NCBI GenBank assembly: GCA_016712475.1
Contig: JADJRA010000001.1
Coordinates: 1,797,414 to 1,861,413 of the forward strand
From: Deltaproteobacteria bacterium
GTDB lineage: Bacteria; Myxococcota_A; Polyangia; Nannocystales; Nannocystaceae
Reading direction: 5' to 3'
DNA: 64,000 nucleotides
The number at the start of each line of letters is the position of its first letter. The first letter of the stretch is position 1. Below the pieces are notes generated by a model that worked only from the letters and a program-made list of their open reading frames with translations, was not told the origin of the DNA and searched no databases. This document shows positions 1 through 8,202 of this stretch, piece by piece. The position numbers were made by a program, and so were the translations under genes.

Positions 1-535
1 GCGCGGCATCGAGGCGGGCATCGAGCTGCTGCGGTCCGGGCAGCTCGAAGCCGATGCCCGACGACGCGATGGTCTGCTTGGCCCGGCTGATGCGCTGCGC
101 CATCGTTGCCTCGGGCACCAGGAACGCCCGCGCGATCTCGCCGGTCGTGAGCCCCGCGACCGCGCGCAGCGTCAACGCGATCGCCGAGGTGCGCGTCAGC
201 GCGGGGTGGCAACACATCAACACCAACGCGAGCGTGTCGTCGGCGGCGACCTCGGCATCGTCATCGGGTGCGGGGGCCGCGACCGGCCCGGCATCGAACA
301 CGAAGATCTCACGGCGCGTGCGCGCCAGCTCGGCGCGCACGTGATCGGCCAGCCTGCGCGACGCGACCCGCAGCAGCCACGCGCGCGGCTGCTGCGGGAC
401 GCCCGTGTCGGGCCACTGACGCGCGGCGGCCAGCAGTGCCTGCTGCAGGGCGTCCTCGGCGGCCGCGAAGTCGCGGTGGCGACGGGCCAGCTTGGCCAGC
501 ACCTGCGGCGCCAGCTCGCGCAGCAGCGTCGCCAT
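1..535 (-). CDS. ECF-type RNA polymerase sigma-70 factor (5' part in window; C-terminus runs off window start)
   Basis: Reverse-strand translation from ATG at ~535 gives MATLLRELAPQVLAKLARRHRDF...LTLRAVAGLTTGEIARAFLVPEATMAQRISRAKQTIAS. This is a sigma-70 region 2 followed by a region 4 HTH. The gene lies immediately downstream of a YciI-like gene, a common pairing. Confidence 0.6.
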   Translation of the reverse strand, partial: MATLLRELAPQVLAKLARRHRDFAAAEDALQQALLAAARQWPDTGVPQQPRAWLLRVASRRLADHVRAELARTRREIFVFDAGPVAAPAPDDDAEVAADDTLALVLMCCHPALTRTSAIALTLRAVAGLTTGEIARAFLVPEATMAQRISRAKQTIASSGIGFELPGPQQLDARLDAA

Positions 536-555
536 CGACCCCGCTGCGGCCGTAC

Positions 556-954
556 TCACGGCTCGACCGGCGGCGCGCCCATGACCTCGCGGATCTCGAT
601 CGGCATGCGCAACGGCTTACCGTCCTTGCCGGGCGCCGACGAGGCCTGCGCCGCGATCGCGTGGGCGCGCTCGGGCGTCTCGACGTCGACGATCCAGTAG
701 CCGGCGAGGAACTCCTTCGACTCGGCGAACGGCCCGTCGGTGACCTCGGGTGCGCCCTTGGCCCCGGCTCGCACGAGCCGCGCCTGGGCCGGTGGCGCGA
801 GGCCCTCGGCGGCGACCAGCTCGCCGTCGCGCTGCAGCGCCTCGGTCATCTCGGACATGTACCGCACGTGGGCCTGGATGGCCTCCATGGGCCACTTCAT
901 GACGTTCCAGTCACCGTCGCCGCGGGGGGCATTCATCATCAGCATGAACTTCAT
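556..954 (-). CDS. YciI-like (YCII/DGPF domain) protein
   Basis: A 132-aa ORF (MKFMLMMNAPRGDGDWNVMKWP...) whose size and composition fit the YCII-related domain. It is co-oriented with the adjacent ECF sigma gene. Confidence 0.6.
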   Translation of the reverse strand: MKFMLMMNAPRGDGDWNVMKWPMEAIQAHVRYMSEMTEALQRDGELVAAEGLAPPAQARLVRAGAKGAPEVTDGPFAESKEFLAGYWIVDVETPERAHAIAAQASSAPGKDGKPLRMPIEIREVMGAPPVEP

Positions 955-1072
955 GGCTTCGTCTCCTCGGGTGCTCGGCCGCCGGTGATTCGGGCGGCGT
1001 TCACGGCCCTGTCGGAGCCACCACCCGCGTTCTCGACATCGCGCCGCGACTTTTTTCGGAGGCCCTCGCGGG

Positions 1073-3085
1073 CTACAGGCACCCGCTCATGTCGGGGAAC
1101 GCGCAGACCCCATCGGTGCACTCGTTGGTGATCACGCCGGTGCGCAGGAAGGTGTCGAGCTGGCGCTGGAACTCCGGCAGCTTGCGCAGCTTGCCGTGGG
1201 GATCTTCGCAGGCGCGCTGCGGCAGGTTGCCGACCGGGTCGGGCGGCAGGCCGAACGCGTACTCGACGATGCCCGAGCCCTCGTGCGGCGCGGTCACGGT
1301 CTCGAGCCCGTAGATCTCCCGGACGCCGCTGTCGATGTGCGGCATGCCCATGGTCCGCGCCATCACGTGGGCACCGAGTGTGGTGACCTGGTGATCGCCG
1401 ACGGCGTCGTTGATGAAGACCTGGTGCGCGGGCGTACCCGGCAGCATGTCGCGCAGCACGTAGGGCGCATAGCCAGCGGGCTCGGTGCGCTCCCACAGCA
1501 TGTCGGTGAGCGCCAGCAGATACGTCTGCTGGCGGGTGTCGGGGTAGCTCGCGCGGATGATCTCGAAGAAGGGATCGAAGTCGGCGCTGCGGCTGAGCAG
1601 CAGGTTGTAGGGCATGCCCGGCACGCCCAGCACACCGCGCTCGACGTCGGTGGTGAGCGCCATGTACGTGGCGCCGAAGATCCCGCCCTGGCTGATGCCG
1701 TGGTAGTAGGCGCGCTCGGGATCGATGAACCCGCCGTAGTCCGGATCGGCGGCGAAGCGCCCCTTCATCATGCGCATCGCCAGCAGCGAGTTGAGCATGC
1801 CCTGGTGCTGGCGGTCGACGACGTCGGCGAAGCGGTGGAACTCGCCGGCAGCGATCAACGCACCGATCTGCAGCTCGTCGTCGGCGGCCATGCCGATGAA
1901 GTCGACGCCGAACATGATGTAGCCGTAGGCGTCCATGAACTCGAGGAAGTGACCGCTCTCGATCTGCTCCTTCTCGCCCAGCAGGCCGTGGCCGTACTGG
2001 ATGAGCCCCGCGGGCGCCTGCACGGCCGCGTGCGGGATGAGCACCTCGAAGCCGAAGCTCGCGGTCGGCATCGCGGGGTTGATCACCGGCAGGCCGTCAT
2101 CGCCGAAGACGAGCTTGGCGCCGGGCCCCGGTTGATCGAGGTACATCGGCACCGTCATCTCGCCGAAGATGCGGTAGGCGATGTGGTCGGGCTCGTAGTC
2201 GTCCTCGACGCTGGTGATGGTGTACTCGGGGCCATCGTCTCCCACCATCGCGAGCGACTCGTCGCGCATGCGCAGCATCCAGCCGGTCTGGTTGTCGCGC
2301 GACGCCGTGGTGAAGTCCCACGCCAGCTGCAGGCCGTCGCGGGCCACGCCCGCGTCCGCTAGGCGGGCGAAGATGTCGGCGTAGAGCGGTCGGCGGGCCT
2401 CGATCGAGGCCTCGTCGGAGGCGGTACCGTCGCGCAGGGCGGCGAAGCCTGCGGTCGGCGCGAGCTCGTCACCCACGCCGTTGCGCAGGTGCGAGTAGCC
2501 GACGATGTAGCGGTGATCGTCGCGCAGGCGGATCGCCGGATGCATGATGAGCAGCTTCTGCTCGGGATCGTCGGTGGTCGCGTCGAGCTCGACGAAGTGG
2601 GGGACACGCTCGCCGGTCTCGGCGTCGAGCAGGATGCTGGGGCAGTCGGCCGCCATCGAGCGCGCGATGTCCTTCGAGCTGGGGAAGCCGACCAGGCCGT
2701 AGGGCACCAGCTCCGGGAAGTGGGCCAGCATCGCGATGCCGGGCGTGAAGCCATCGGCGCGATTCCACGGATCGGCCTGGGGCCGACCGCCGTAGTAGTC
2801 CATCGGCATCGCGTCGACCTCGAGCTGCACGCGGCGACCGGTCTGGGTCGCGTCGTCGGCCACGGTGTACACGTTGCTCGGGAACGGCAGCGGGCAGAAG
2901 CTCGGCACCAGCGGATCGCACGCGACGTGCGGCCACTCGACCACCGGCGCGATCGGATCGCCGGTAGTGGTCGAGTCGGCGGCGCCGGTGCTGGTGTATG
3001 CGGCGCTGGTGCTGCCACCGGCGTCGCCACATGCGGCGAGGGTGAGCGTGACGAGCAGCGGAGCGAACGAGCGACAGGACTGCAT
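1073..3085 (-). CDS. secreted alpha/beta-fold serine hydrolase, lipoprotein
   Basis: Internal Met start MQSCRSFAPLLVTLTLAACGD gives a signal peptide with a lipobox. The nucleophile-elbow motif GISQGG (G-x-S-x-G) is present. The long upstream extension of the ORF is probably spurious. Confidence 0.5.
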   Translation of the reverse strand: MQSCRSFAPLLVTLTLAACGDAGGSTSAAYTSTGAADSTTTGDPIAPVVEWPHVACDPLVPSFCPLPFPSNVYTVADDATQTGRRVQLEVDAMPMDYYGGRPQADPWNRADGFTPGIAMLAHFPELVPYGLVGFPSSKDIARSMAADCPSILLDAETGERVPHFVELDATTDDPEQKLLIMHPAIRLRDDHRYIVGYSHLRNGVGDELAPTAGFAALRDGTASDEASIEARRPLYADIFARLADAGVARDGLQLAWDFTTASRDNQTGWMLRMRDESLAMVGDDGPEYTITSVEDDYEPDHIAYRIFGEMTVPMYLDQPGPGAKLVFGDDGLPVINPAMPTASFGFEVLIPHAAVQAPAGLIQYGHGLLGEKEQIESGHFLEFMDAYGYIMFGVDFIGMAADDELQIGALIAAGEFHRFADVVDRQHQGMLNSLLAMRMMKGRFAADPDYGGFIDPERAYYHGISQGGIFGATYMALTTDVERGVLGVPGMPYNLLLSRSADFDPFFEIIRASYPDTRQQTYLLALTDMLWERTEPAGYAPYVLRDMLPGTPAHQVFINDAVGDHQVTTLGAHVMARTMGMPHIDSGVREIYGLETVTAPHEGSGIVEYAFGLPPDPVGNLPQRACEDPHGKLRKLPEFQRQLDTFLRTGVITNECTDGVCAFPDMSGCL

Positions 3086-3198
3086 GGGCTTCCTCGCGGT
3101 CAAGGGGACCGCGCGAGGATAGCGAGCCGATGCGCGCTGCAGGGTACGCGCGCGCGTGCGTCTGGTCTCGCGCGTGCGAAGCATGTGTTCCATCGCGA

Positions 3199-3918
3199 TC
3201 AGTCACGTCGGGCCACGCGCGCGGCCCGACGCGCCCGCACGCGCTCGACGAACTCGCGCCACAGCGTCTTGGTGGGCACGTACTCGAGCCGATCACTGCG
3301 ACGGTACTGCGGCTCGATCGCGGCCATGTGGGTCTGGACGAGCACCGCGCCGCGCGAGACGGTGGAGCCCGCCACGAGGCGCGGGTCCTGTTCGTCCGCA
3401 TCGGCCTCGTCGGCGGCCTGGCCGGGCGGGTCACACGGTGCGTCGGCAGTCGCGTCTGCATCGCTCGCGTTGCCGGGCTCGATCGTGTCTTCATCGGCGA
3501 TCCGCAGCGCCTCGGCGTCGGCGGGCGCCACCGGGGTCGTCGCTGCGTCGACCGCCGGCGCGTAGGCGAGATCGAACGGCCGCGTCGACTCGGCCTCGGG
3601 CCACGTGCTGGGCGACACCTCGCCGTGCCCCGTGCACGCGGCGAGCCCTGCCAGCGCCGCCGCGAGCAGCGGCCGTGGGCTCGCAGGCTCGGGTCGCAGC
3701 GCGATGATGCCGTCGGCACGGGTGCGGTACTCGACGCAGATCCGCTCGCCGTCGTGCTGAGCCAGCAGCGCGCGGACCTCGGGCTCGGTCATCTCGCCCA
3801 GGCGCAGGACCGGCTTGCTGCACTGCTCACACCACGCGCGTCCGCGACCGCGCGCCGCCAGCTCGACCCCACTCGGACACGGCCCGATCACCGGCAGACG
3901 ATCGCGATGCAGCGGCAT
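3199..3918 (-). CDS. hypothetical membrane-anchored protein with N-terminal Cys motif
   Basis: This is the in-frame Met (MPLHRDRLPVIGPCPSG...CEQC...) inside the long fused 3199..4791 ORF. It has a central hydrophobic segment (PLLAAALAGLAAC) and an acidic C-terminal half. It lies between the TetR gene and the hydrolase gene on the same strand. Confidence 0.35.
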   Translation of the reverse strand: MPLHRDRLPVIGPCPSGVELAARGRGRAWCEQCSKPVLRLGEMTEPEVRALLAQHDGERICVEYRTRADGIIALRPEPASPRPLLAAALAGLAACTGHGEVSPSTWPEAESTRPFDLAYAPAVDAATTPVAPADAEALRIADEDTIEPGNASDADATADAPCDPPGQAADEADADEQDPRLVAGSTVSRGAVLVQTHMAAIEPQYRRSDRLEYVPTKTLWREFVERVRARRAARVARRD

Positions 3919-4025
3919 GGTGGCGGATCGAACGACACTGCACCGCGGCCCTGACACGACAACCGTCCCTGCCCGCCCTTGCACCAAGCCGTGAGGCTCG
4001 AATCGACGACGACGGGGGCGGCGGA

Positions 4026-4671
4026 TCACGCCACCGACGGTGCGCTCGCGGTGCCCGAGCCGAGGCCACGCCCGGGGTGCACGGCGATCGCATCCCAGCA
4101 CGCACGCTCGGCCTGCGCGACCACCTCGTCGTCGAGCACGAGTCGGCCCTCGGTGTGCGCGCGCATCATGCCCACGAAGGCGCCGAACACGAGCTCCATC
4201 AGCAACGTTGCGTCGAGCGGCTTCACGAGGCCCTGCGACTGCGCGAGCCCGAGCATGCTGCGCGCGAAGTCCTTCAGGTTGCGATCGAGCGCCACGCTCT
4301 CGTCGTCGAGATACGAGGCGTGGTTGTGGGTCTCGATGAACATGAACGCGTCGGGGTCGTCGCGCGCGAACGCGATGATCTCGAGCCACATCACGCGGAA
4401 TTGTTCGCGCGCGCCGACGCCCTGCGGGAAGGCCTTGAACACGCGCTGCATCACCACCGACTTCCACTTGCGGTAGAGCTCGTTGACCAGCGCCTCCTTG
4501 CTCGGGAAGTAGTGATAGATCGTGCCGGCCGCGACCTCGGCACGCTCGGCGATCTGCGGCATGGCGGTGCCATGGAAGCCGCGCTCCACGAAGCACGCGA
4601 GCGCGGCGGCCATGATCGACTCGCGTCGGTCCGGCCGGGCTGGCGGTCGGCCCCGTCTTGGCTTGCCCTCC
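4026..4671 (-). CDS. TetR family transcriptional regulator
   Basis: Has the TetR HTH signature RRESIMAAALACFVERGFHGTAMPQIAERAEVAAGTIYHYFPSKEAL. I chose a TTG start (MEGKPRRGRPPA...) so that the operator-like palindromes lie upstream rather than inside the CDS. The 253-aa ATG alternative would overlap them. Confidence 0.65.
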
Positions 4672-4675
4672 AAAA

Positions 4676-4795
4676 TACCGAATGAATGTTCGAACAATTC
4701 CGGGCGCTTTGCCAGCTCCCCGTGAATTTCCCTTGCCACGTGGGCTTCCCGGTGCTTCCCTACCCCACAGATTTTTCGAACGAACATTCAATCAG
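4676..4795. promoter_or_regulatory. putative TetR operator pair in divergent promoter region
   Basis: Two copies of GAATGTTCG-containing dyads are present: cgAATGAATGTTCGAACAATTc at ~4676-4700 (palindromic core TGTTCGAACA) and, on the opposite strand, tTTTCGAACGAACATTCAATc at ~4772-4795. They sit between the divergent TetR and lipase genes. The region is AT-richer than its surroundings. Confidence 0.35.
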
Positions 4796-4810
4796 GAACT
4801 CTGGAGCACC

Positions 4811-5884
4811 ATGACGACGCGATCCCTCCCCGCCCTGATGGGCCTGGCCCTGACCCTCACCACCGTCACCGCCTGCGACCTCGATCTGCCGCCCGGCGAC
4901 ATCACGCAGCCGCAGTACTGGGGTGACCTCTTCCTCGCCAAGTACGCCGACGAGCTGGTGCTGAACGAGCTCGAGCCCGGTCCCACTCCGCTCGAGCAGC
5001 CGCGCGTGGTGCTGCTCATCACCGGCGTCACGATCCCCGCGGCGTGGTTCGAGCCGATGATCGCACGGCTCGAGCGCGACGGCTTCGTGCCCGTGGTCTA
5101 CGAGCCGCCCGAGCTGCTGAGCGGTGACCTCTTCGAGAACTCCGAGCGGCTCGCCGATGTCATCGACCAGGTCCGCGCCGAGCACGGCGTCGACACCATC
5201 GACATCCTCGCCGAGTGCACCGGTGGTCTCATCGCGCGTCACTACGTGCAATCGCTCGGCGGCGCGCCCAAGGTCTCGCGACTCGTCACCTTCATCTCAC
5301 CGCAGCACGGCCTGCCCAAGGCTCCGTGGGCGCAGGACATCGTCGGCTGGCCCGCGCTCGACGACCTCACCCCCGGCAGCGAGTTCCTCTCGGCCGTCAA
5401 CGACGCGCCGCTACCCGAGGGCCTGCCGATCACGTCGATCTACACCTGCACCGACGAGTACATCCAACCCTACGAAACCTCGATCATCCCCGGCGCCCGC
5501 AACATCGGCCTGTGCGACGGCTTCGTCGGCCACTTCCAGTTCTTCTACGACCCCGCGATCTACCTCGTCATGCACGGCGCGCTCGTCGAGCCCCTCCCCG
5601 GCGACCCCGCACCCGGCGGTGACGACGACGGTGGTGAGGCCGACGACGGTGAGGCTGACGGTGGTGAGGCCGACGGTGGTGAGGCCGACGACGGTGGTGA
5701 GGCCGACGGTGAGGCCGACGACGGTGGTGAGGCCGAACCCGACGACGACGGTGATGATCCGGACGCAGACGCCCCCGGCGAGACGGCGCAGGGATGCAGC
5801 GTCGCCCCGCGCACGGCTGCTACGCCGACATGGCTCGCGGGCCTCGCGATCGCGCTGCGTCGCCGACGTCGCATCCGCGTTTGA
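4811..5884 (+). CDS. secreted lipase-family (class 2-like alpha/beta hydrolase) lipoprotein with acidic G-G-E-A-D repeats and MYXO-CTERM
   Basis: Signal peptide with lipobox (LTLTTVTAC). Lipase-like core with LITGVT...ILAECTGGLIARHY. Tandem GGEADD repeats. C-terminus QGCSVAPRTAATPTWLAGLAIALRRRRRIRV matches the MYXO-CTERM pattern. Confidence 0.6.
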   Translation: MTTRSLPALMGLALTLTTVTACDLDLPPGDITQPQYWGDLFLAKYADELVLNELEPGPTPLEQPRVVLLITGVTIPAAWFEPMIARLERDGFVPVVYEPPELLSGDLFENSERLADVIDQVRAEHGVDTIDILAECTGGLIARHYVQSLGGAPKVSRLVTFISPQHGLPKAPWAQDIVGWPALDDLTPGSEFLSAVNDAPLPEGLPITSIYTCTDEYIQPYETSIIPGARNIGLCDGFVGHFQFFYDPAIYLVMHGALVEPLPGDPAPGGDDDGGEADDGEADGGEADGGEADDGGEADGEADDGGEAEPDDDGDDPDADAPGETAQGCSVAPRTAATPTWLAGLAIALRRRRRIRV

Positions 5885-5885
5885 C
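5578..5885 (+). repeat. direct repeat copy 1 (~300 bp; 3' end of lipase gene including acidic repeats and MYXO-CTERM)
   Basis: Near-identical to 7394..7700. The flanks ALVEPLPGDPAPGGDDDGGEADDGEAD and DDDGDDPDADAPGETAQGCSVAPRTAATPTWLAGLAIALRRRRRIRV are conserved. The internal 12-15 bp GGTGAGGCCGACGAC units differ in number and sequence between copies. Confidence 0.8.
5640..5745 (+). repeat. 12-15 bp coding tandem repeats (ggtgaggccgac[gac]) encoding G-G-E-A-D(D)
   Basis: Direct inspection. A second, diverged array is in the duplicated copy at ~7440-7545. Confidence 0.7.
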
Positions 5886-5965
5886 GATCGCCATAGTCCC
5901 CTGTGGCTTCTGAGACCGAGAAGTCGCGAGGGCTCAGCACGGTTGGACCCCGGGGAGGTGACTCG

Positions 5966-7257
5966 TCACGCTGAGTCGGCGTCGCCCGTCTCTTCGCCGA
6001 CCCGCGAGGCCTCGCGCTCGTATGCTGTCAGGATGGCGGTCCGGAGCTTCGGCATGTCGTCGAGGCTCGTGAGAGCGAATCGTGACGCTCCAAAGGAGCC
6101 GCCATCAAACACGTCGACACCGGGTGCGAACACCCGTCCCTCATCGCACGTGACGTGGCGGAGCGCGACCCAGCCTGGCTTTCGGTCGAGGTTCAACCGT
6201 GCGAACCACTTGCGGAGGTTGCTCTGATGGAGCGTGAAGTAGCCCTTGCCATCGCGATGCGCCACACTCGCATCTGGCCGAACCTCTCGCACCCAACCGC
6301 CGACGATTCGAGCGACCTCGAGTTCTTCCGCCGTCGTCACAACCCCAGGCTTCGCTTCACTGCTTGGCGTTGCCGATGACTCCACCAATGGCGACGAATC
6401 GACGCGATCGGTGGAATTGGACTCACTCGGGTCGGGAGCCGAAACCTCGGGCGGTCGGGCGAACGACCTGGCGACGTGGTCGACGATTGCGCTCTGGATG
6501 GCTCGCCGGAGAATCGGAGTGAGCCGCTCGACCAACTTCACAGTGACTCGCGGCACGTCGGGGAGCTCGCCAGCGATCCAGCGGATGAACGACTCACTCG
6601 GTTCGCGCAACTGCTCGGCGACAGTCTTCAGGATCGAGTTGTAGTACACGGTCTCTTCCGCGAGACGGGAAACATCGGCGGGCACGAAGTCGGCCTTGCG
6701 GAAGTTTCTCAGAGACTCGACCTCCTCCGGCTTGATGTTGAGCAGATCGATGTCGAGCCACGGCGTGGGATCCATCAAGTTCGGCTGTTGCAAGTCCGTG
6801 TAGACACGGATGCGGACACCATCTGTGATGATGCCGACGCGGACGTCAGGGTCCGCGTTGAAGTAGCGCGCTAGCTGCCCGCCGTTGTCCTGCAACGAGG
6901 CGCCTAGTGCCTTGCACTCGACGAAGAGGGCTGGTTTTCCCCCGAGGAAGATCGCGTAGTCGACCTTCTCGAACTGCCCCGACTTCTTCACCGCGAAATC
7001 GGCGATGTACTCCGGCCTGACCTCGCGAGGATCGAAGACGTCGTACCCCAGCACTTGTAGCAGCGGAACGACCAACGCCTGCTTCGTGGCCTCCTCCCCC
7101 GCGGTCGGCGAACTCCGCTCACCCTCATGCCTGACGAACGGGATGCGATTTCGAATCTGCTCGATGTGCTTTGCGAGTTCGTCCTGAAATGCCACGTAGG
7201 TAGCGTGGGCGAGGTCAGTCGGACGTGTCAATGACGCGGAATCGCGCGAATCGAGCA
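5966..7257 (-). CDS. HsdR-N-like PD-(D/E)xK nuclease-domain protein (restriction-endonuclease-like), probably horizontally acquired
   Basis: Starts MLDSRDSASLTRPTDLAH... The N-terminal ~150 aa carry the type I restriction enzyme R-subunit N-terminal signature: VVPLLQVLGYDVF...EYIADFAV...KVDYAIFLGGKPALFVECKALG. This is the D...E-x-K nuclease core. The gene is visibly less GC-rich than its flanks, and its reading frame is opposite to both neighbours. The upstream ORF extension into 7258..7741 is antisense of repeat copy 2 and is rejected. Confidence 0.5.
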
Positions 7258-7383
7258 TCGGGGAGAGGACGGCGGCCGAATGGCCAGCAAGTGCGAGCCT
7301 CGAACATTCAATCCGGCGATCGCGATGCACGGCAGCAGTACGGTAGGATTGGCGGACTCCCCCCTGCGACCATGAACGCTCGA

Positions 7384-7690
7384 GACCTCGCGTGCGCTCG
7401 TCGAGCCCCTCCCCGGCGACCCCGCACCGGGCGGTGACGACGACGGTGGTGAGGCCGACGACGGTGAGGCTGACGACGGTGGTCAGGCCGACGACGGTGG
7501 TGAGGCCGACGACGGTGGTCAGGCCGACGACGGTGGTGAGGCCGATCCCGACGACGACGGTGATGATCCGGACGCGGACGCCCCCGGCGAGACGGCGCAG
7601 GGATGCAGCGTCGCCCCGCGCACGGCTGCTACGCCGACATGGCTCGCGGGCCTCGCGATCGCGCTGCGTCGCCGACGTCGCATCCGCGTT
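7384..7690 (+). pseudogene. orphan 3' fragment of the lipase gene (repeat copy 2), no start codon
   Basis: In the frame homologous to the lipase C-terminus it reads (stop)TLETSRALVEPLPGDPAPGGDDDGGEADDGEADDGGQADDGGEADDGGQADDGGEADPDDDGDDPDADAPGETAQGCSVAPRTAATPTWLAGLAIALRRRRRIRV(stop). A TGA lies immediately upstream and there is no in-frame start. Confidence 0.5.
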
Positions 7691-7782
7691 TGACGGCACC
7701 GCCCGCTCCTTGCGAACGCCGTCCCGGGTCGTCGGACGCACTTGGGTTGCCGCCCATCCGCGTCCGTGGCACCACGAGATCG

Positions 7783-8169
7783 ATGGACCTGTCCCCGCAG
7801 AACCTCGGGCGTGCTGGCGGCATCGTGGTGATCCTCCTCGGCGTGGCCGGAGTCGTGGGGGCCGGCTACATGGCGCAGGAGGAATGGGCGGCGTGGCTCT
7901 TCATCGGCACCGCGGCGTTCGGACTCGCCTTCGTGTTCGCAGGCGTGAGCGCGATCCGATCGGCCGCGCCACGAGTGGTCGAGGTGATGCCCAAGGACGA
8001 GCTGAAGCAGCTCATCGACGCCCGTCCGGTGCCGTTCTCGATCTGCGTGCGCTGTCGCGCGATCATGGATGGGGCCGCGCTCGGCTGCAGCGCCTGTGGG
8101 TCGGTCGTCGACTGCGTTCAGATCGCCACCGAGGCCGAACGCACCATGGGTCGCGCGGCGCTGGGATAG
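7783..8169 (+). CDS. small membrane protein with C-terminal CxxC...CxxC zinc-ribbon-like motif
   Basis: MDLSPQNLGRAGGIVVILLGVAGVVGAGYMAQEEWAAWLFIGTAAFGLAFVFAGV gives two predicted TM helices, followed by ...CVRCRAIMDGAALGCSACGSVVDC. Lies in the intergenic space after repeat copy 2. Confidence 0.35.
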   Translation: MDLSPQNLGRAGGIVVILLGVAGVVGAGYMAQEEWAAWLFIGTAAFGLAFVFAGVSAIRSAAPRVVEVMPKDELKQLIDARPVPFSICVRCRAIMDGAALGCSACGSVVDCVQIATEAERTMGRAALG

Positions 8170-8202
8170 GCGCGGCCGGTCTCCTGGCGGCGCCCAGCGC
8201 CA

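Noticed and set aside
268-1131. Long + strand ORFs (268..1131, 206..700) overlapping the sigma/YciI genes
   Set aside because: Arg/Ala/Pro-rich low-complexity translation typical of out-of-frame or antisense reading of GC-rich DNA. The opposite strand gives clean sigma-70 and YCII domain sequence.
2359-3719. ORFs 2359..3030-, 2469..3719-, 2489..3565+ and 1196..2362+ inside or near the hydrolase gene
   Set aside because: All are alternative-frame or antisense products with extreme Arg/Pro/Ser bias and no motifs. The hydrolase frame has a signal peptide and a GxSxG elbow.
3199-4791. A 530-aa fused ORF spanning the TetR gene and the upstream hypothetical gene
   Set aside because: This single frame-through ORF would merge two genes and run antisense through the operator region. 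It is split into 3199..3918 and, in the other frame, TetR 4026..4671.
5560-5940. ORF 5560..5940- (Ser/Pro/Ala-rich) and 5124..6227+
   Set aside because: Antisense or frame-shifted readings of the GGEADD repeat array; repetitive DNA always yields such ORFs.
7258-7741. N-terminal 160-codon extension of the nuclease-like ORF (GLTTVVGLTTVV...)
   Set aside because: It is the antisense of repeat copy 2 (acidic repeat array). The nuclease domain starts cleanly at the internal Met.
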